Shown here piece by piece: positions 1 to 11,211 of a stretch of DNA of 64,000 nucleotides. Origin of the DNA: Octopus vulgaris. Taxonomy: Eukaryota. The stretch lies in NCBI GenBank assembly GCA_951406725.2, contig OX597843.1:15066001-15130000 (forward strand). The letters are read 5' to 3'. A model generated the notes under the pieces. It was not told where the DNA came from and made no database searches. It saw only the letters and a list, made by a program, of their open reading frames with translations. Each line of letters opens with the position of its first letter. The first letter of the stretch is position 1. The position numbers and the translations under genes were made by a program.

Positions 1-65
1 ACATACAACAGATGAATTTAAAACATCTATAAATATCTATCTATACACACACACACACACATATA

Positions 66-305
66 AGAGGCGAAACAGCTGTAATCTTAAGGCTGTCATT
101 GGTTAAATCTATTCATCTCCCATACCTTTTGACTTTTCATGGTTTATATTTTCCTCATAAAATAATTTCATCGATCTGATCTCCTGGATTTTAGCTGCAT
201 AGAACTCTGCTTTATATTCCTCCATATTGTATCACTCTGTAGTCTGATAGCTGAATCTGTTAGAGGAGCTTTCTGTGAGAGCCTCATGGTTCTATGAATC
301 CATAT
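66..305 (+). mobile_element. Penelope-like non-coding remnant beginning with the 3' half of a hammerhead (GAAACAGCTGTA)
   Basis: ggc-GAAAC-AGCT-GTA at 69-83 matches the palindromic stem III half of minimal type I HHRs. The end motif ggagctttctgtga.agcc...tctatgaat.cata recurs at about 4310-4350. Confidence 0.4.
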
Positions 306-329
306 CTTATATTACAAATTTATGTGTAT

Positions 330-364
<35 letters not shown>

Positions 365-507
365 CATACATACACACACACATGTACCTATAACTGTAGT
401 TGTGTTTCTCTATATCTCTACTTCTCGGTTATTTTAGTGGTACAAATAAGAAAACAGAACTCAAGGCATGAGTGTATGTATGTATGTATGTGTGTATATA
501 TATATGA

Positions 508-1106
508 AAGAGTCTCACATCATCAGAGATGTCTCAGACACATTCTCAATGTTGGCTGGACCTCAAAAATTCCAGACACACAGGTCCTGAGGACAACTGA
601 TATCTTGAGTATTGAGGCGATGGTACACAAGCACCGGTTGTGTTGGACTGGACACCTTATTAGAATGAAGGATAGAAAGATTCCTGAGCGGATGCTCTAT
701 GGAGAACTTGTGAATGGAAGGAGACTCCGGCAGAAACCAAGGCTGCGATTTAAGGACTGTGTCAAGTCCTCATTAAAGGCTTTTGATATGCAGGACACTG
801 ACTGGGAGAACAATGCCTGTCATCGCCACAGATGGAGGAAGCAGGTTAAGGAGGGGATCGACACTTTTGAGAGAGCACGTATCCAGCATGAAGAACTTAA
901 GCGAGCTGCGCGAAAGCGCACGGCTCGTATAGTGAATGGGGAAAGCTTGGTCTGCAATGTTTGCAGTCGTGTATGCTTGTCAAGAGCAGGGCTGTTCAGC
1001 CACCAATGGAGCCACAAATGCAAAATATAAGTTAGTCCAAGAGCGCACAATGTTCCTGAAGGTCAGCAATGGTCTTCCTCGGTCACGAGTGGACGGCCAT
1101 CATCAT
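508..1106 (+). mobile_element. RTE-clade (BovB-like) LINE 3' fragment
   Basis: HQRCLRHILNVGW..W.GHLIRM..RIPERMLYGEL..GRR..KPRLRFKDCVK, then a C-terminal C2H2-like motif (CNVC..SRAGLFSH) and a (CAT)n tail. Confidence 0.88.
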
Positions 1107-1479
1107 ATATATGAAATGAAGCGAGAACAAATTTCATAGGTCAGTGTTCATATTCACTCAATATATTTCAAAGTGTCCGAGTACTCCACAGCATGCATGG
1201 ATATAACATAAAAGTTTATAATCATCATCGTCGTTTAACGTCCGCTTTCCATGCTGACATGGGTTGGATGGTTTGACTGAGGACTGGCAAGCCAGAAGGC
1301 TGCACCAGGCTTCAATCTGATAAATATATAAAAATACATAAATGTACTTGTGAGGTTGTATGTCCATATTAAAATCAATGAGGATATTATAATACGCAAT
1401 GGTGAATGTATTGCGGTAATCCAAATAGATGAGAAAGTTGATATAAAATGATTTTAAATGGAATCTTGTGCAGGTGTAA

Positions 1480-1567
1480 AGTCCTACGGCTGTTTCAAGA
1501 GGATATAGGTTGGTATGGGCGAGTTATTCCAATCCTAACAATCATCTATATTTCTCTCATCAGAGTT
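1480..1567 (-). ncRNA. Hammerhead ribozyme motif, type I, long stem II, degenerate stem I
   Basis: Minus strand: CUGAUGA-GAGAAAUAUAG...CUAUAUCCUCUU-GAAAC-AGCC-GUA, located downstream of the Penelope ORF. Confidence 0.6.
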
Positions 1568-2164
1568 AATCTAAAGGATTTGTAAAAGAGTTAGTTCAAT
1601 CTTAAAGGTTTAAGCAACATGAGAAATTTAAGAATTTTAAAAATTCGAATGCTGTGTCGGAACATACTGTTCAGGTGGATGATATAATAAGAGCTAAAAT
1701 TACATGGTTAAATAAATTATGAAGCTATAGATAATAGTGTTTTAAGATGAATCCAAATAGATAAAGGATAATTAAATTAAAATCATATAAGCTAATTATT
1801 TTTGGAGAAAAATTTAAAAGTTGATAAATATTTATGTCTACCAAGAATGTTAAAATTTTTTTTGTCAGCACGGAGTATATGAATCACTTCTTTTGTGCAT
1901 AATTTACAATTTCTGCTGTGTGTATTGTATGGTGTGGTTTCCTTTATAATAGATCAATCTAGACTGAATTCTTTGTTGCGCATTCTTAATTTATTAATGT
2001 GGGGAGGTAGTGAGGTTGAATTTTTTGTTTCTTGGTTAATAAATGAAATTGTGTGCCCCCCCCTCCCCATATCTTGTCTTAAAGTCACTCGTACTTCTTA
2101 TGTATATCTTTTTCGATTCACTAAGAGTTGAAACCTCAACTTTATGTATGACATTTCTCCTTAA

Positions 2165-2379
2165 CCCTTTCGTTACCGTATTTATTTTGAGATGCTCTGT
2201 GTTTCTTTCAATTACTTTAAATATAGCAAAGAATTTAGTAAAATAATTTGGTTATCATTCAGCTAGTGATAGGAACATAAATTTTAACCAAGATTTGGTG
2301 GAAGATTTGAATTCAAAACTTATGAAAACAAAATATTTGTACTAAAGAGTCAGTTTCAGCCGGGTTGGTAACAAAAGGG
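2165..2379. mobile_element. piggyBac-type MITE inserted in the Penelope element
   Basis: TTAA target duplication (2161-2164, 2380-2383) and terminal inverted repeats CCCTTTCGTTACC / GGTAACAAAAGGG. Confidence 0.85.
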
Positions 2380-3138
2380 TTAAACAGAATCCCTTTAAGG
2401 GACATAATTCCTGGTTAAGGCAATTGCATCTTTTATTTCCATGCTTCACCTTTATATTTTTAATATCAGGATTATTATTAAATCTATTCTTCATAAGTTT
2501 CAATCTATTGTTGGCCGCAATTATAGGTCCTAGGTTGGGTGTCGATAATTTAAGGCAGGACCTATTAAAGATGGAATGATATTTATGGCCTAATGGGAAA
2601 TTCCTGTCAGTAATCCTAAAAAATAATTTAGGGAGGTTTCTGACTTTGAAAGAACAAGGAGTGGGGAACCAGGTAATTTCCTGTTTCCTTACAGAGTTGT
2701 TCCTGCTCTGCCCAGTATAATTATTATTATTATAATTAAATGAATTATGGTGTCGGTTCTTAGGCTCTGTGGGGTGTGGGTTCGTGGGAGGTGTGTTGAT
2801 GTTTGATATCACAATATTTAGAAAATGTTTTCCTAATTTCTTTTTAAATATTGTGTTCTTGCTATATCTTCCTATCGAATCCACTGTCCTTCAATACTGT
2901 TTTATAAACGGGTGCAAAGTTATAAAAAAATCTTTTCGTTTGCAGACAAGTTGTCGATTCTTATTGACACCCTTCTGACTCTCCCATTAATAACTCTTTG
3001 GGGGATGATTTGATAAGGTGTGGATATACTAAATAGTTTTATTAGGATTATGGTAAGGATAAAATAAGCCATTATCTAGATTTCATGTTACGTCCAAAAT
3101 GTTAGGGACATTTCGTGACATTTTCAAATATAATATCT

Positions 3139-3312
3139 AAGTTATATGACTTAAAAAATTTCACTAGTCCTTTCAGAGGAGCTGGAAATAGCAAATAAGT
3201 TATATGACTTAAAAAATTTCACTAGTCCTTTCAGAGGAGCTGGAAATAGCAAATAAGTTATATGACTTAAAAAATTTCACTAGTCCTTTCAGAGGAGCTG
3301 GAAATAGCAAAT
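3139..3312. repeat. Tandem triplication of a 58-bp unit inside the Penelope RT
   Basis: aagttatatgacttaaaaaatttcactagtcctttcagaggagctggaaatagcaaat starts at 3139, 3197 and 3255. Confidence 0.95.
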
Positions 3313-3372
3313 AACGCATCGTCTCGATACAAACCTCTGCTGATATTAGGGAATTCTTCCTTAATTTTTGAA

Positions 3373-3880
3373 AGTACTTACTTGTACTTGTGGCAACATT
3401 CACCCTGGGTGGGTTGAGTCAGCTTCTTCCACCACCCTCGAGGCATCTCGAACCATGGCAGCCCGCGCATGACGGTCCTGTGCCAGTTCACTGGAGATAG
3501 CGAGCCAGTCACGGTTCTATTGGCGCAGGCTGATGTTGCCATTGTATTCGCCATTGAGAATTCATGGAAGAAGTTTCGTGGGAATATGTGGATTTCACAA
3601 GCGGTCCCCAACAATCAAGCATGTAGAGACATCCTGTTTGACGCAGGGATAGAATGACTGAGGAGCTGCCAGTTGCCGAAACAGACACTCTGAGGATTTT
3701 CACCAGAGCCCCATCTGCCGGGTTGTGGCCCTAATACCACTCGGTGTCAGACCAATCCGCCTTGGGTGGCCCTACCAGGAACCGAAGTTCCCGACGGCAT
3801 AGCTCTCACACTACCCGTTGCCAGCGTCCCCACCACGGTGAGGAGGGGATGGACTTTTTGAAAGTAAGAATAGGCCAACA
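3373..3880 (-). mobile_element. Internally deleted (bipartite) non-autonomous RTE derivative
   Basis: The minus strand joins an RTE-like 5' UTR (accgtggtgggg..gagctatgccg..cctggtagggccaccc) to an RTE ORF end (LAQDR..MVRDA) and an (AAGT)n-like tail. Confidence 0.55.
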
Positions 3881-4667
3881 ATATCAATGACCCGGGCAGA
3901 GCCCAAGTTTCCCATTGTAGCATCAAAGTCGTCCTGAAGGTCACATCGGGTCCAGGTCCTATTTTGGAAAGACATCAGTGTTTTCCTTGCAGTAAAAATA
4001 TTTTTCTCTAATGGTGGAATATCAGTAAAATTCTCTGCAAAAGTGAGTGATTGCTTTTATCAAGCAGGTCCAGCTTAGTCGACTGGTAGGGATTACTAAT
4101 GTCAAAATGTATCAAGTGAGTTTTCCTTTTTATTATTATTCAATGAGCAGAACAAAGTTATGACGTCCCCTGTGGATAGCCAAAGGTGGAAGGTCTGCAT
4201 TTCTTTTAACACAAGGGACAATTCTGCCAGTGATAGACTTATATATACATTCTGCATGGTAGCCCTCAGTACTGGATTATTCTGTTGTCTGCTAGCTGGG
4301 TGCACTCAAGGAGCTTTCTGTGATAGCCGTATGAGTCTATGAATTCATATATTACACTACAAACACACACACACACACACCATATTTACAGATGTATAAT
4401 GCCTGCCTTACAAAAAAAAAAAAGAAAGAAAAGAAAAGAAAGGAATTAACGTAAAATGTCTGAGTCAGAATAGAGTAGCATGAAAAAATATTTTAGATAA
4501 GAGGATAAAATCGGATTATTGATTTTTAGGTATTAAAAAATGTCTGTGTTGGGGTTCGCATAATTATTTGAATAAATGTGTGTGTGATTGTGTACACTTA
4601 CATATGCATATTAATAGAGAAAACTTTGTCAGAAGTTATGAAGCAGTTGTGTGTGTGTATATACATA

Positions 4668-5040
4668 GGCGTAGGAGTGGCTGTGTGGTAAGTAGCTGGT
4701 TCAGGGTTCAGTCCCACTGCGTGGCACCTTGGGCAAGTGTCTTCTACTATAGCCTCGGGCCGACCAAAGCCTTGTGAATGGATTTGGTAGATGGAAACTG
4801 AAAGAAGCCCGTCGTATATATGTATATGTGTGTATATATGTTTGTGTTTCTGTTTGTCCCCCTAGCATTGCTTGACAACCGATGCTGGTGTGTTTTCGTC
4901 CCTGTAACTTAGCGGTTCGGCAAAAGAGACCGATAGAATAAGTACTAGCCTTACAAAGAATAAGTCCTGGGGTCAATTTGCTCAACTAAAGGTGGTGCTC
5001 CAGCATGGCCACAGTCAAATGACTGAAACAAGTAAAAGAG
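4668..5040 (+). mobile_element. tRNA-derived SINE, family A
   Basis: A box (TGGCTGTGTGG) and B box (GGTTCAGTCCC), internal TA/TG microsatellite and tail ...gactgaaacaagtaaaagag. Many near-identical copies in the window. Confidence 0.9.
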
Positions 5041-5280
5041 TATGTATTAAGGTCTTTGAATTTTCCTCATGAATATTTGAAGACCTTTTTTTTTAACAGT
5101 TTATAAAAAAAATGTGAGATGATAATTGCATTCTTTCTTCCCTTTTTTCTTCTTAGCAATTTTATGCCAATTTATTCCTCACACATTTCCCCCCCTCCAC
5201 TTGCTTATTATTAATACCACTTCCTACCCCCTCCCCTTTCATGCCTTAATATTATTTTTCTCTTTATTATTGTTATTATT

Positions 5281-6618
5281 AATGAGTGAGCGAGCAGAGC
5301 ATGCCATCAAAGTGACACTGGGGTAAAATATACGAAGCCCAGTATACCCATCATGACTACCCGTCTGATAAGGGTACACCAGGCTCATGCATCACAACCA
5401 TATGTGCGCAACATGGTGATCTCATATGAAGATAAACAGCGCATGACCTTGCAGGTGGGGCCCAGCTAGAATTTTCTTCAGGTTGAGTAGCCCATCCCGC
5501 TCTAAAGGTCCCTGAATAAGGATTGTGTAAGGATGTTGAACGAAACACCCATGTTTCCACAGGTGAATTATCCAAACGCCAAAGAATCCCTCTCAACACA
5601 TGGCTATGATGCTCCTCTTCTACTTCTGCTCATGATCAGAGATGCACATTTCGTCAGCCACCAAAGGATGCACAACTGGTTAAGGTCAATCGAATGACAA
5701 GCAAATCTGTGGTATTGAGCAGAATATTTGCTGTAGCCCCTCTTTTATACCAAGACAAAAACAATGTACATGATAACACTTCCAATCAGTTAAGATCAGA
5801 AGCCATGCGAACCAGTGCTTGGTACTGCATCAGAGCATTATTATCATTCAGTAGTTTTATTTTTATAGTGTGCTTTCACTTCACTACCGAGCGCAGCTCT
5901 GTGTGCCATGGATATGTGCTGTGGTTTGTTGTGATGCTCTGATGGTTACTGTATTGAAAGTGTTTTGTGTAGGATGTGTGCAGTGCCTAGTAGTGCAATT
6001 TTCTGTATGTTATATGTGTTTGTAAGTCCTGGTGTTTTTGTTATGTATTTGTCTGAATATTTTTTTATCATGCCTAATGCACCTACTATGATAGGAATTG
6101 TTTCTGTTTTTAGATTCCACATTCTGGTTACCTCTATTTCTAGGTCTTTGTATTTTGAAAGTTTCTCCATTTCTTTGAGAGACACGTTGTCATCTGCCGG
6201 TATTGATACATCAATTAGAAAGCATTTTTTTCTTCATGATCTCTGACAACTATATCTGGTCTGTTGGCCTTAATTTCTCTATCCGTGTGTATCGGCATAT
6301 CCCAGAGTATGGTTGCTTTCTCGTTTCTGTAACCTTTTCTGGTGTGTGCCTATACCATCTTTTTTCTGTTGTTATTCCATAATGTTGGCATAGCTTTCAG
6401 TGTATGTAGGTTCCAACTCTGTCATGTCTGTAAATATATTCCTTCTTAGCCAGGACTAGGCAGCCAGAGATAATATGATTTATTGTTTCTTGCCCATCTC
6501 CACATATTCTGCAGTTACTTGTTATATTTCTTTTCATTACAGGTTTTTGGTAATTTCTGGTGGGGAGGCTTTGGTCTTGTGCCACAATTAAAAATCCCTC
6601 CATCTCTGCTTTGAGTCT
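5281..6618 (-). mobile_element. R4/Dong-clade non-LTR retrotransposon 3' fragment (zinc knuckle, restriction-like endonuclease, long 3' UTR)
   Basis: AQDQSLPTRNY..CRICG..ETINHIISGC..Y..RHD, RPDIV, K.SKYKDL..IVGALG. The 3' end runs into a TAA-rich tract, the known Dong target. Confidence 0.85.
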
Positions 6619-6619
6619 T

Positions 6620-6822
6620 GGCAGAATCATTAGTATGCTGGGCAAAATGCTTAGTAATTGCTATGTTCTGAGTTCAAATTCCGCCGATGTCGACTTTGCC
6701 TGTCATCCTTTCAGGTTCGATAAATTAAGTACCAGTGAACTAATGGGGGTTCAATGTAATTGACTAGTTCACTCTCCCCAAATTTCAGGCCTTGTGCCTT
6801 TAGTAGAAAGGATTATTATTAT
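6620..6822 (+). mobile_element. SINE family B (tRNA head plus conserved central domain)
   Basis: gagttcaaattccgccga.gtcgactttgcct.tcatcctttc..gataaattaagtaccag. Related copies at about 7121-7325, 30088-30355, 45615-45845 and 63480-63645. Confidence 0.8.
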
Positions 6823-7331
6823 TAAGTATCACTAGAGAGTGCTGTGGAAGGGAGACAAGCAAAGTTTGACCATGCAAAAACTTGATCATTTTCATGTTCA
6901 AATATAGGTTTTCTGTGGACAATTATCATTTGAAAGTTGTGGATATGAACTTTCTTCTCATAGTTTTGATCCACAAAATCCAACACTTCCATACCACGGC
7001 AAAGTTTCTACAGCTGGATGCCCTTCCTAACGCCAACCACTCCCAGAGGGTTATTTTTACATGCCACCAGCACGGGAGCCAGTCAGGCAGGCCTGGCATT
7101 ATTATTATTATTATTATTAAGGTGAGCTTGCAGAAATGTTACGGTGCCAGGCAAAGTGTTTAGCAACATTTTCTCCATCTTTATGTTCTGAAGTCAAAGG
7201 TTGACTTTGTCTTTCACCGATTCTGGGGTCAATGAAATAAGTATCAGTTGAACCCTGGGGTTGATGGAATCGACTCCCCCCCCCCCCAGAAGATGCTGTC
7301 ATTGGTCCAAAATTTGAAACCATTATTATTG

Positions 7332-7378
<47 letters not shown>

Positions 7379-7389
7379 TCTTATTACAG

Positions 7390-7533
7390 GATGTGTTTTT
7401 AATGATTAGAAGGAAGAAGTGTACCATCTTTACAGACGTTAAAGAAAACACTACCATTTATGAAGTGAAGAAGATTGTTGAAGGAATCCTTAAAGTCCCA
7501 CCAGAGAATCAGAGACTCTTCAGAGATGAAACG
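7390..7533 (+). CDS. ELOB: Elongin B, coding exon 2 (ubiquitin-like domain)
   Basis: ttacag|GAT...ACG|gtgagg. Translates [48 protein letters not shown], matching Elongin [21 protein letters not shown]. The initiator ATG must be on an upstream exon. Confidence 0.97.
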
Positions 7534-8499
7534 GTGAGGAATATTCTTCTTTCCCCTTTCTTTCCAGTCTAATGTCATTCATTTAATGTCCCATGCTCAG
7601 TGCTGGCGTGGGTTGTGCAGTTTGACGGGAATCCAAGGAGCGAAAGGGCTGCATCACCATGCCCCCCCCCCCCAGTGGTGTGGTTTCTATGGCTGGAGGC
7701 CCTTCTTAATGCCAACCACTTCACAGGTCACAGTGCAGTTTTCAGGAACCCTGCTGGTGGAGGTGGTGCTTTTTGTGGTTGGGCTTCATGCTAGGGGACA
7801 AAGGGATTACCATGAGAAGTGGAGGGGTGGGGAGAGAGATCAGAACAGGGTCTTGTAAAGGGATCTGCATGGCTAATTGCACTTCATAGAGGAAAAGATG
7901 AAAGAGAAAGAATGATTAGCAGGTGCTGCAAGAGATAGATAATGGTGATAAAGTGCCCAGGTGGCCCCACAAGGCTCAACCTGAGTAGAAGCGAGTGGGT
8001 GGGTGGTTGGTTTGCATGTGTGCGTGTAATATATATAGGTGAGGGGGTACTTTGCGTCCCTTTCTCTTGGCATTGTGTAATTGCTGTAAACAAGTGTCCC
8101 CATCATGCAAGTAAATAAGGGACTGGATAAATGCCATGTAAATTCTTGGCTTGGTTTGTTTCACTAAACCCTTCACGGTGGTACCCCAGCATGGCAGGAT
8201 TATCGTTTTTATCATTTTATATTTAATTTCCTTTGTTGACACGAGTTTGACGGGTTGTCAATTCTTATTCAAAGTGTCTGTCCACCTTGACGGATTGGGG
8301 ATTTCTTACTCTTCCATTCTAAATGTTTCTCTCACAGCTAGGCTTTCTAATTTTAAACTTATGTTTGTACAGGGATACACATGCATCTGTGTATTAGGTT
8401 GGAAAGAGAGTCCTGTTGCATTTCAAGATGGGAAGTAAACGAATGCTTCTTTGATCGTAATTAATATATTTAATCAAGATACTATTTCTTCTTCTTATT

Positions 8500-8808
8500 A
8501 TTGTGGCACGTAAAATGCACCATCCGACTGTGGCCGTTTGCCAGCCTTGCCTGGCCCCTGTGCTGGTGGCACGTAAAAAGCACCATCCAACCGTGGCCGT
8601 TTGCCAGCCCCGTCTGGCACCTGTGCCGGTGGCACGTAAAAAGCACCCACTACACTCATGGAGTGGTTGGCGTTAGGAAGGGCATCCAGCTGTAGAAACA
8701 TTGCCAAATCAGGCTGGGCCTGGTGCAGCCTTCTGGCTTCCCAGACCCCAGTTGAACCGTCCAACCCATGCTAGCATGGAGAACAGACGTTAAACGATGA
8801 TGATGATG
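8500..8808 (+). mobile_element. RTE-LINE 3' UTR-derived repeat (family C, modular tggcacgtaaaaagcacc units, (GAT)n tail)
   Basis: Ends ggagtggttggcgttaggaagggcatccagc..ccaacccatgctagcatgg..acgttaaacgatgatg. Further copies at about 1222-1320, 9105-9468, 10420-10610, 13533-13705, 19340-19836, 30545-31020, 31790-32265, 32935-33243, 46210-46370, 50195-50420, 52207-52460 and 55452-55880. Confidence 0.85.
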
Positions 8809-9479
8809 AATATAATCCCATCTATTTAGGAAATTGTTATTCCCTTTAAGGAAAAATTCTTCAGGTTTCAAAGCAAAGAAACTCTCAGTGTCTTCTTCAT
8901 CATCATCATTTAATGTTTATTACTGGCATGGGTTGGACAGTTTGAAGGAGCTGACAAAACCAGGAGTTGCAGCAAGTTCCATTGGTATTTTTGGCATGGA
9001 TTCCACCATCTACAGCTGGATACCCTTCCTAATGCCAACCACTCTACAGTGTGGACCGAGTACTTTTCACATGACATCAGCAGCAGTGCTTTTTATGTAA
9101 TTAATCAAAATCGAAATCGTTCAACATCAATGGAAATTGTAGCTGTGATACCAGTGCCGGTGGCACGTAAGAGAACCATCCAAACGTGGCCGTTGCCAGT
9201 GCCGCCCCGACTGGCCTCCGATCCGGTGGCACGTAAAGAGCACCATCCAATTGTGGCCGTTTGCCAGCCTCGTCTGGTACCTGTGCAGGTGGCACATAAA
9301 AAGTACCCACTACACTCTCAGAGTGGTTGGCGTTAGGAAGGGCATCCAGCCGTAGAAACACTGCTAGATCAGACTGGGCCTGGTGCAGCCTTCTGGCTTC
9401 CCAGACCCCAGTTGAACCGTCCAACCTATGCTAGCATGGAAAACAGACGTTAAACGATGGTGATGATGAATAAGCTGTT

Positions 9480-9700
9480 TTCCCTCTAAAAATTGTTGCA
9501 ATGATCTGAAAAGATGAGTCAGATGGAACAAGACCAGAAGAGGAAGGAGGATGAGGAGGCAGAACTTTCATATTTAGTGCCACGGATCTTTTCCTGAATG
9601 ACTTGGTCAATAATATGTGGTCTTGCATTGTCACGTAAGAGCCAACAGTTGACCAGTGATGGGTCCATTTTTCTGCAATGCTTCCAATTATTGACATTAC
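9480..9700 (-). mobile_element. Degenerate mariner transposase C-terminal fragment
   Basis: KVLPPHPPSSSGLVPSD resembles the mariner HPPYSPDLAPSD motif. Confidence 0.55.
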
Positions 9701-10808
9701 TTCCCTGCTTTAACTGTTTCTTTCTGGTTTAACCCTTCATGGTAGACGACACCCAGAACCCTGACCTCACTCGACCCAGAGCAGAACATTTCTCTGGTGC
9801 AGTCCTGCTTTGCAGATGGATTCTCAGTTGGCATTGGATGCTGTTCATTGTCCTTTTCAGTGGATGCGATTATAGAGCCCACTTGTGAGGATTCTAGCCA
9901 GGAAACGTGTGGAAGAAAATGTCGAGTCTTCAGGGATGATTAGAAAACAGTATTTCGGTTGAGCTGACGGCCAGTGAGAGGAAGATTTCTTACAGCTTGC
10001 CATTTTTGAACTCGTACAACTTGCAGTGTCCGATGTGGATCTGATCTAAACTCATTTTAAAAGAATAAAGTTAATGAGTTTAACGATAATCGTATAAAAT
10101 TAACTAGAAAAAAAAAAGTAAAAATAACGGTAGCATGTAAACTTGTGGGACAACATCTCCCAACTTGGGGTAGGGGCAGAAATGGTGTCTTGCATTTGAA
10201 GAGAAACATGGCTTCCTCAGATGGAGAGAGAGGGGGGGGGTCGGGAGATGGTGAAAAATGCCCCTTCCCTGTCACATCTTCAATGTCTTCCTTTTTTTTT
10301 CTCTCTCTCTCTCTCTCTCTCTGATATGGCCATGTTTCTCTTCATATACAAGGTCTCTTTTCTTTCCCTCTTCCCAGTTATAGGGGGTTTTGTTCTGCAA
10401 GAGACTTAACGACCTCACTGCTGCTGGTGCCACGTAAAAAGCACCCAGTCCACACTCTGTAAAGTGGTTGGCCATTTGGAAGGGCATCCAGCCATAGAGA
10501 CCAAACCAAAACAGACAGTAAGGCTTGGCAGAGTCTTCGGACATTCCAGTTCCTGTCAAACCAGCCGATCCATACCAGCATGGAAAATGGACATTAAATG
10601 AGGATGAAGATATAAAACGATTGTTTATTTTACCTTAGGTATTGTTAAAGTTCCCTAAATCTGATCATTTTAAAAATACAACAGAACTGTCTTTCCAACC
10701 TGATATATTAACAAACCAAATTTGCGACACGTTCGGGACCCCAAGTGGCCTGGATTCTGCTTTTCTGGAGACAGTCTAATAAAAGAAACTGTGAAATGTC
10801 AACAATTA

Positions 10809-11211
10809 GGTGCAGGAGTGTCTGTGTGGTAAGTAGCTTGCTTACCAACCACATGGTTCCGGGTTCAGTCCCACTGCGTGGCTTCTTGGGCAAGTGTCTT
10901 CTGCTATAGCCCCGGGCCGACCAATGCCTTGTGAGTGGATTTGGTAGACGGAAACTGAAAGAAGCCTGTCGTATATATGTATATATATATATATGTGTGT
11001 GTATGTGTTTGTGTGTCTGTGTTTGTCCCCCTAGCATTGCTTGACAACCGATGCTGGTGTATTTACGTCCCTGTCACTTAGCGGTTCGGCAAAAGAGACT
11101 GATAGAATAAGTACTGGGCTTATAAAGAATAAGTCCTGTTGTCGATTTGCTCGACTAAAAGGCAGTACTCCAGCATGGCCGCAGTCAAATGACTTAAACC
11201 GGTAAAAGAGT
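10809..11211 (+). mobile_element. tRNA-derived SINE, family A
   Basis: Full-length copy with A/B boxes and the family tail. Confidence 0.9.

Larger units (their letters stand above)
1330..3372 (-). mobile_element. Degenerate 5'-truncated Penelope-like element (RT C-terminus, GIY-YIG endonuclease, 3' HHR)
   Basis: Minus strand reads GLYRDD (RT catalytic motif, about 3320), ITWFPTPCS..FP.GHKYHSIFNR..CNC..CPL.G.CL (2390-2680) and FKTRY..NSTSL..SIIKETTPY..CKLC (1870-2100), all typical of Penelope-clade ORFs. Stops and frameshifts are present. Confidence 0.85.

Noticed and set aside
3050-3058. ATG|GTAAGG as a candidate ELOB first exon
   Set aside because: It lies inside the antisense Penelope relic with no promoter-like context. 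The true first exon is probably upstream of the window.
4668-4740. tRNA-like A/B boxes
   Set aside because: These are SINE heads, not cloverleaf tRNA genes.
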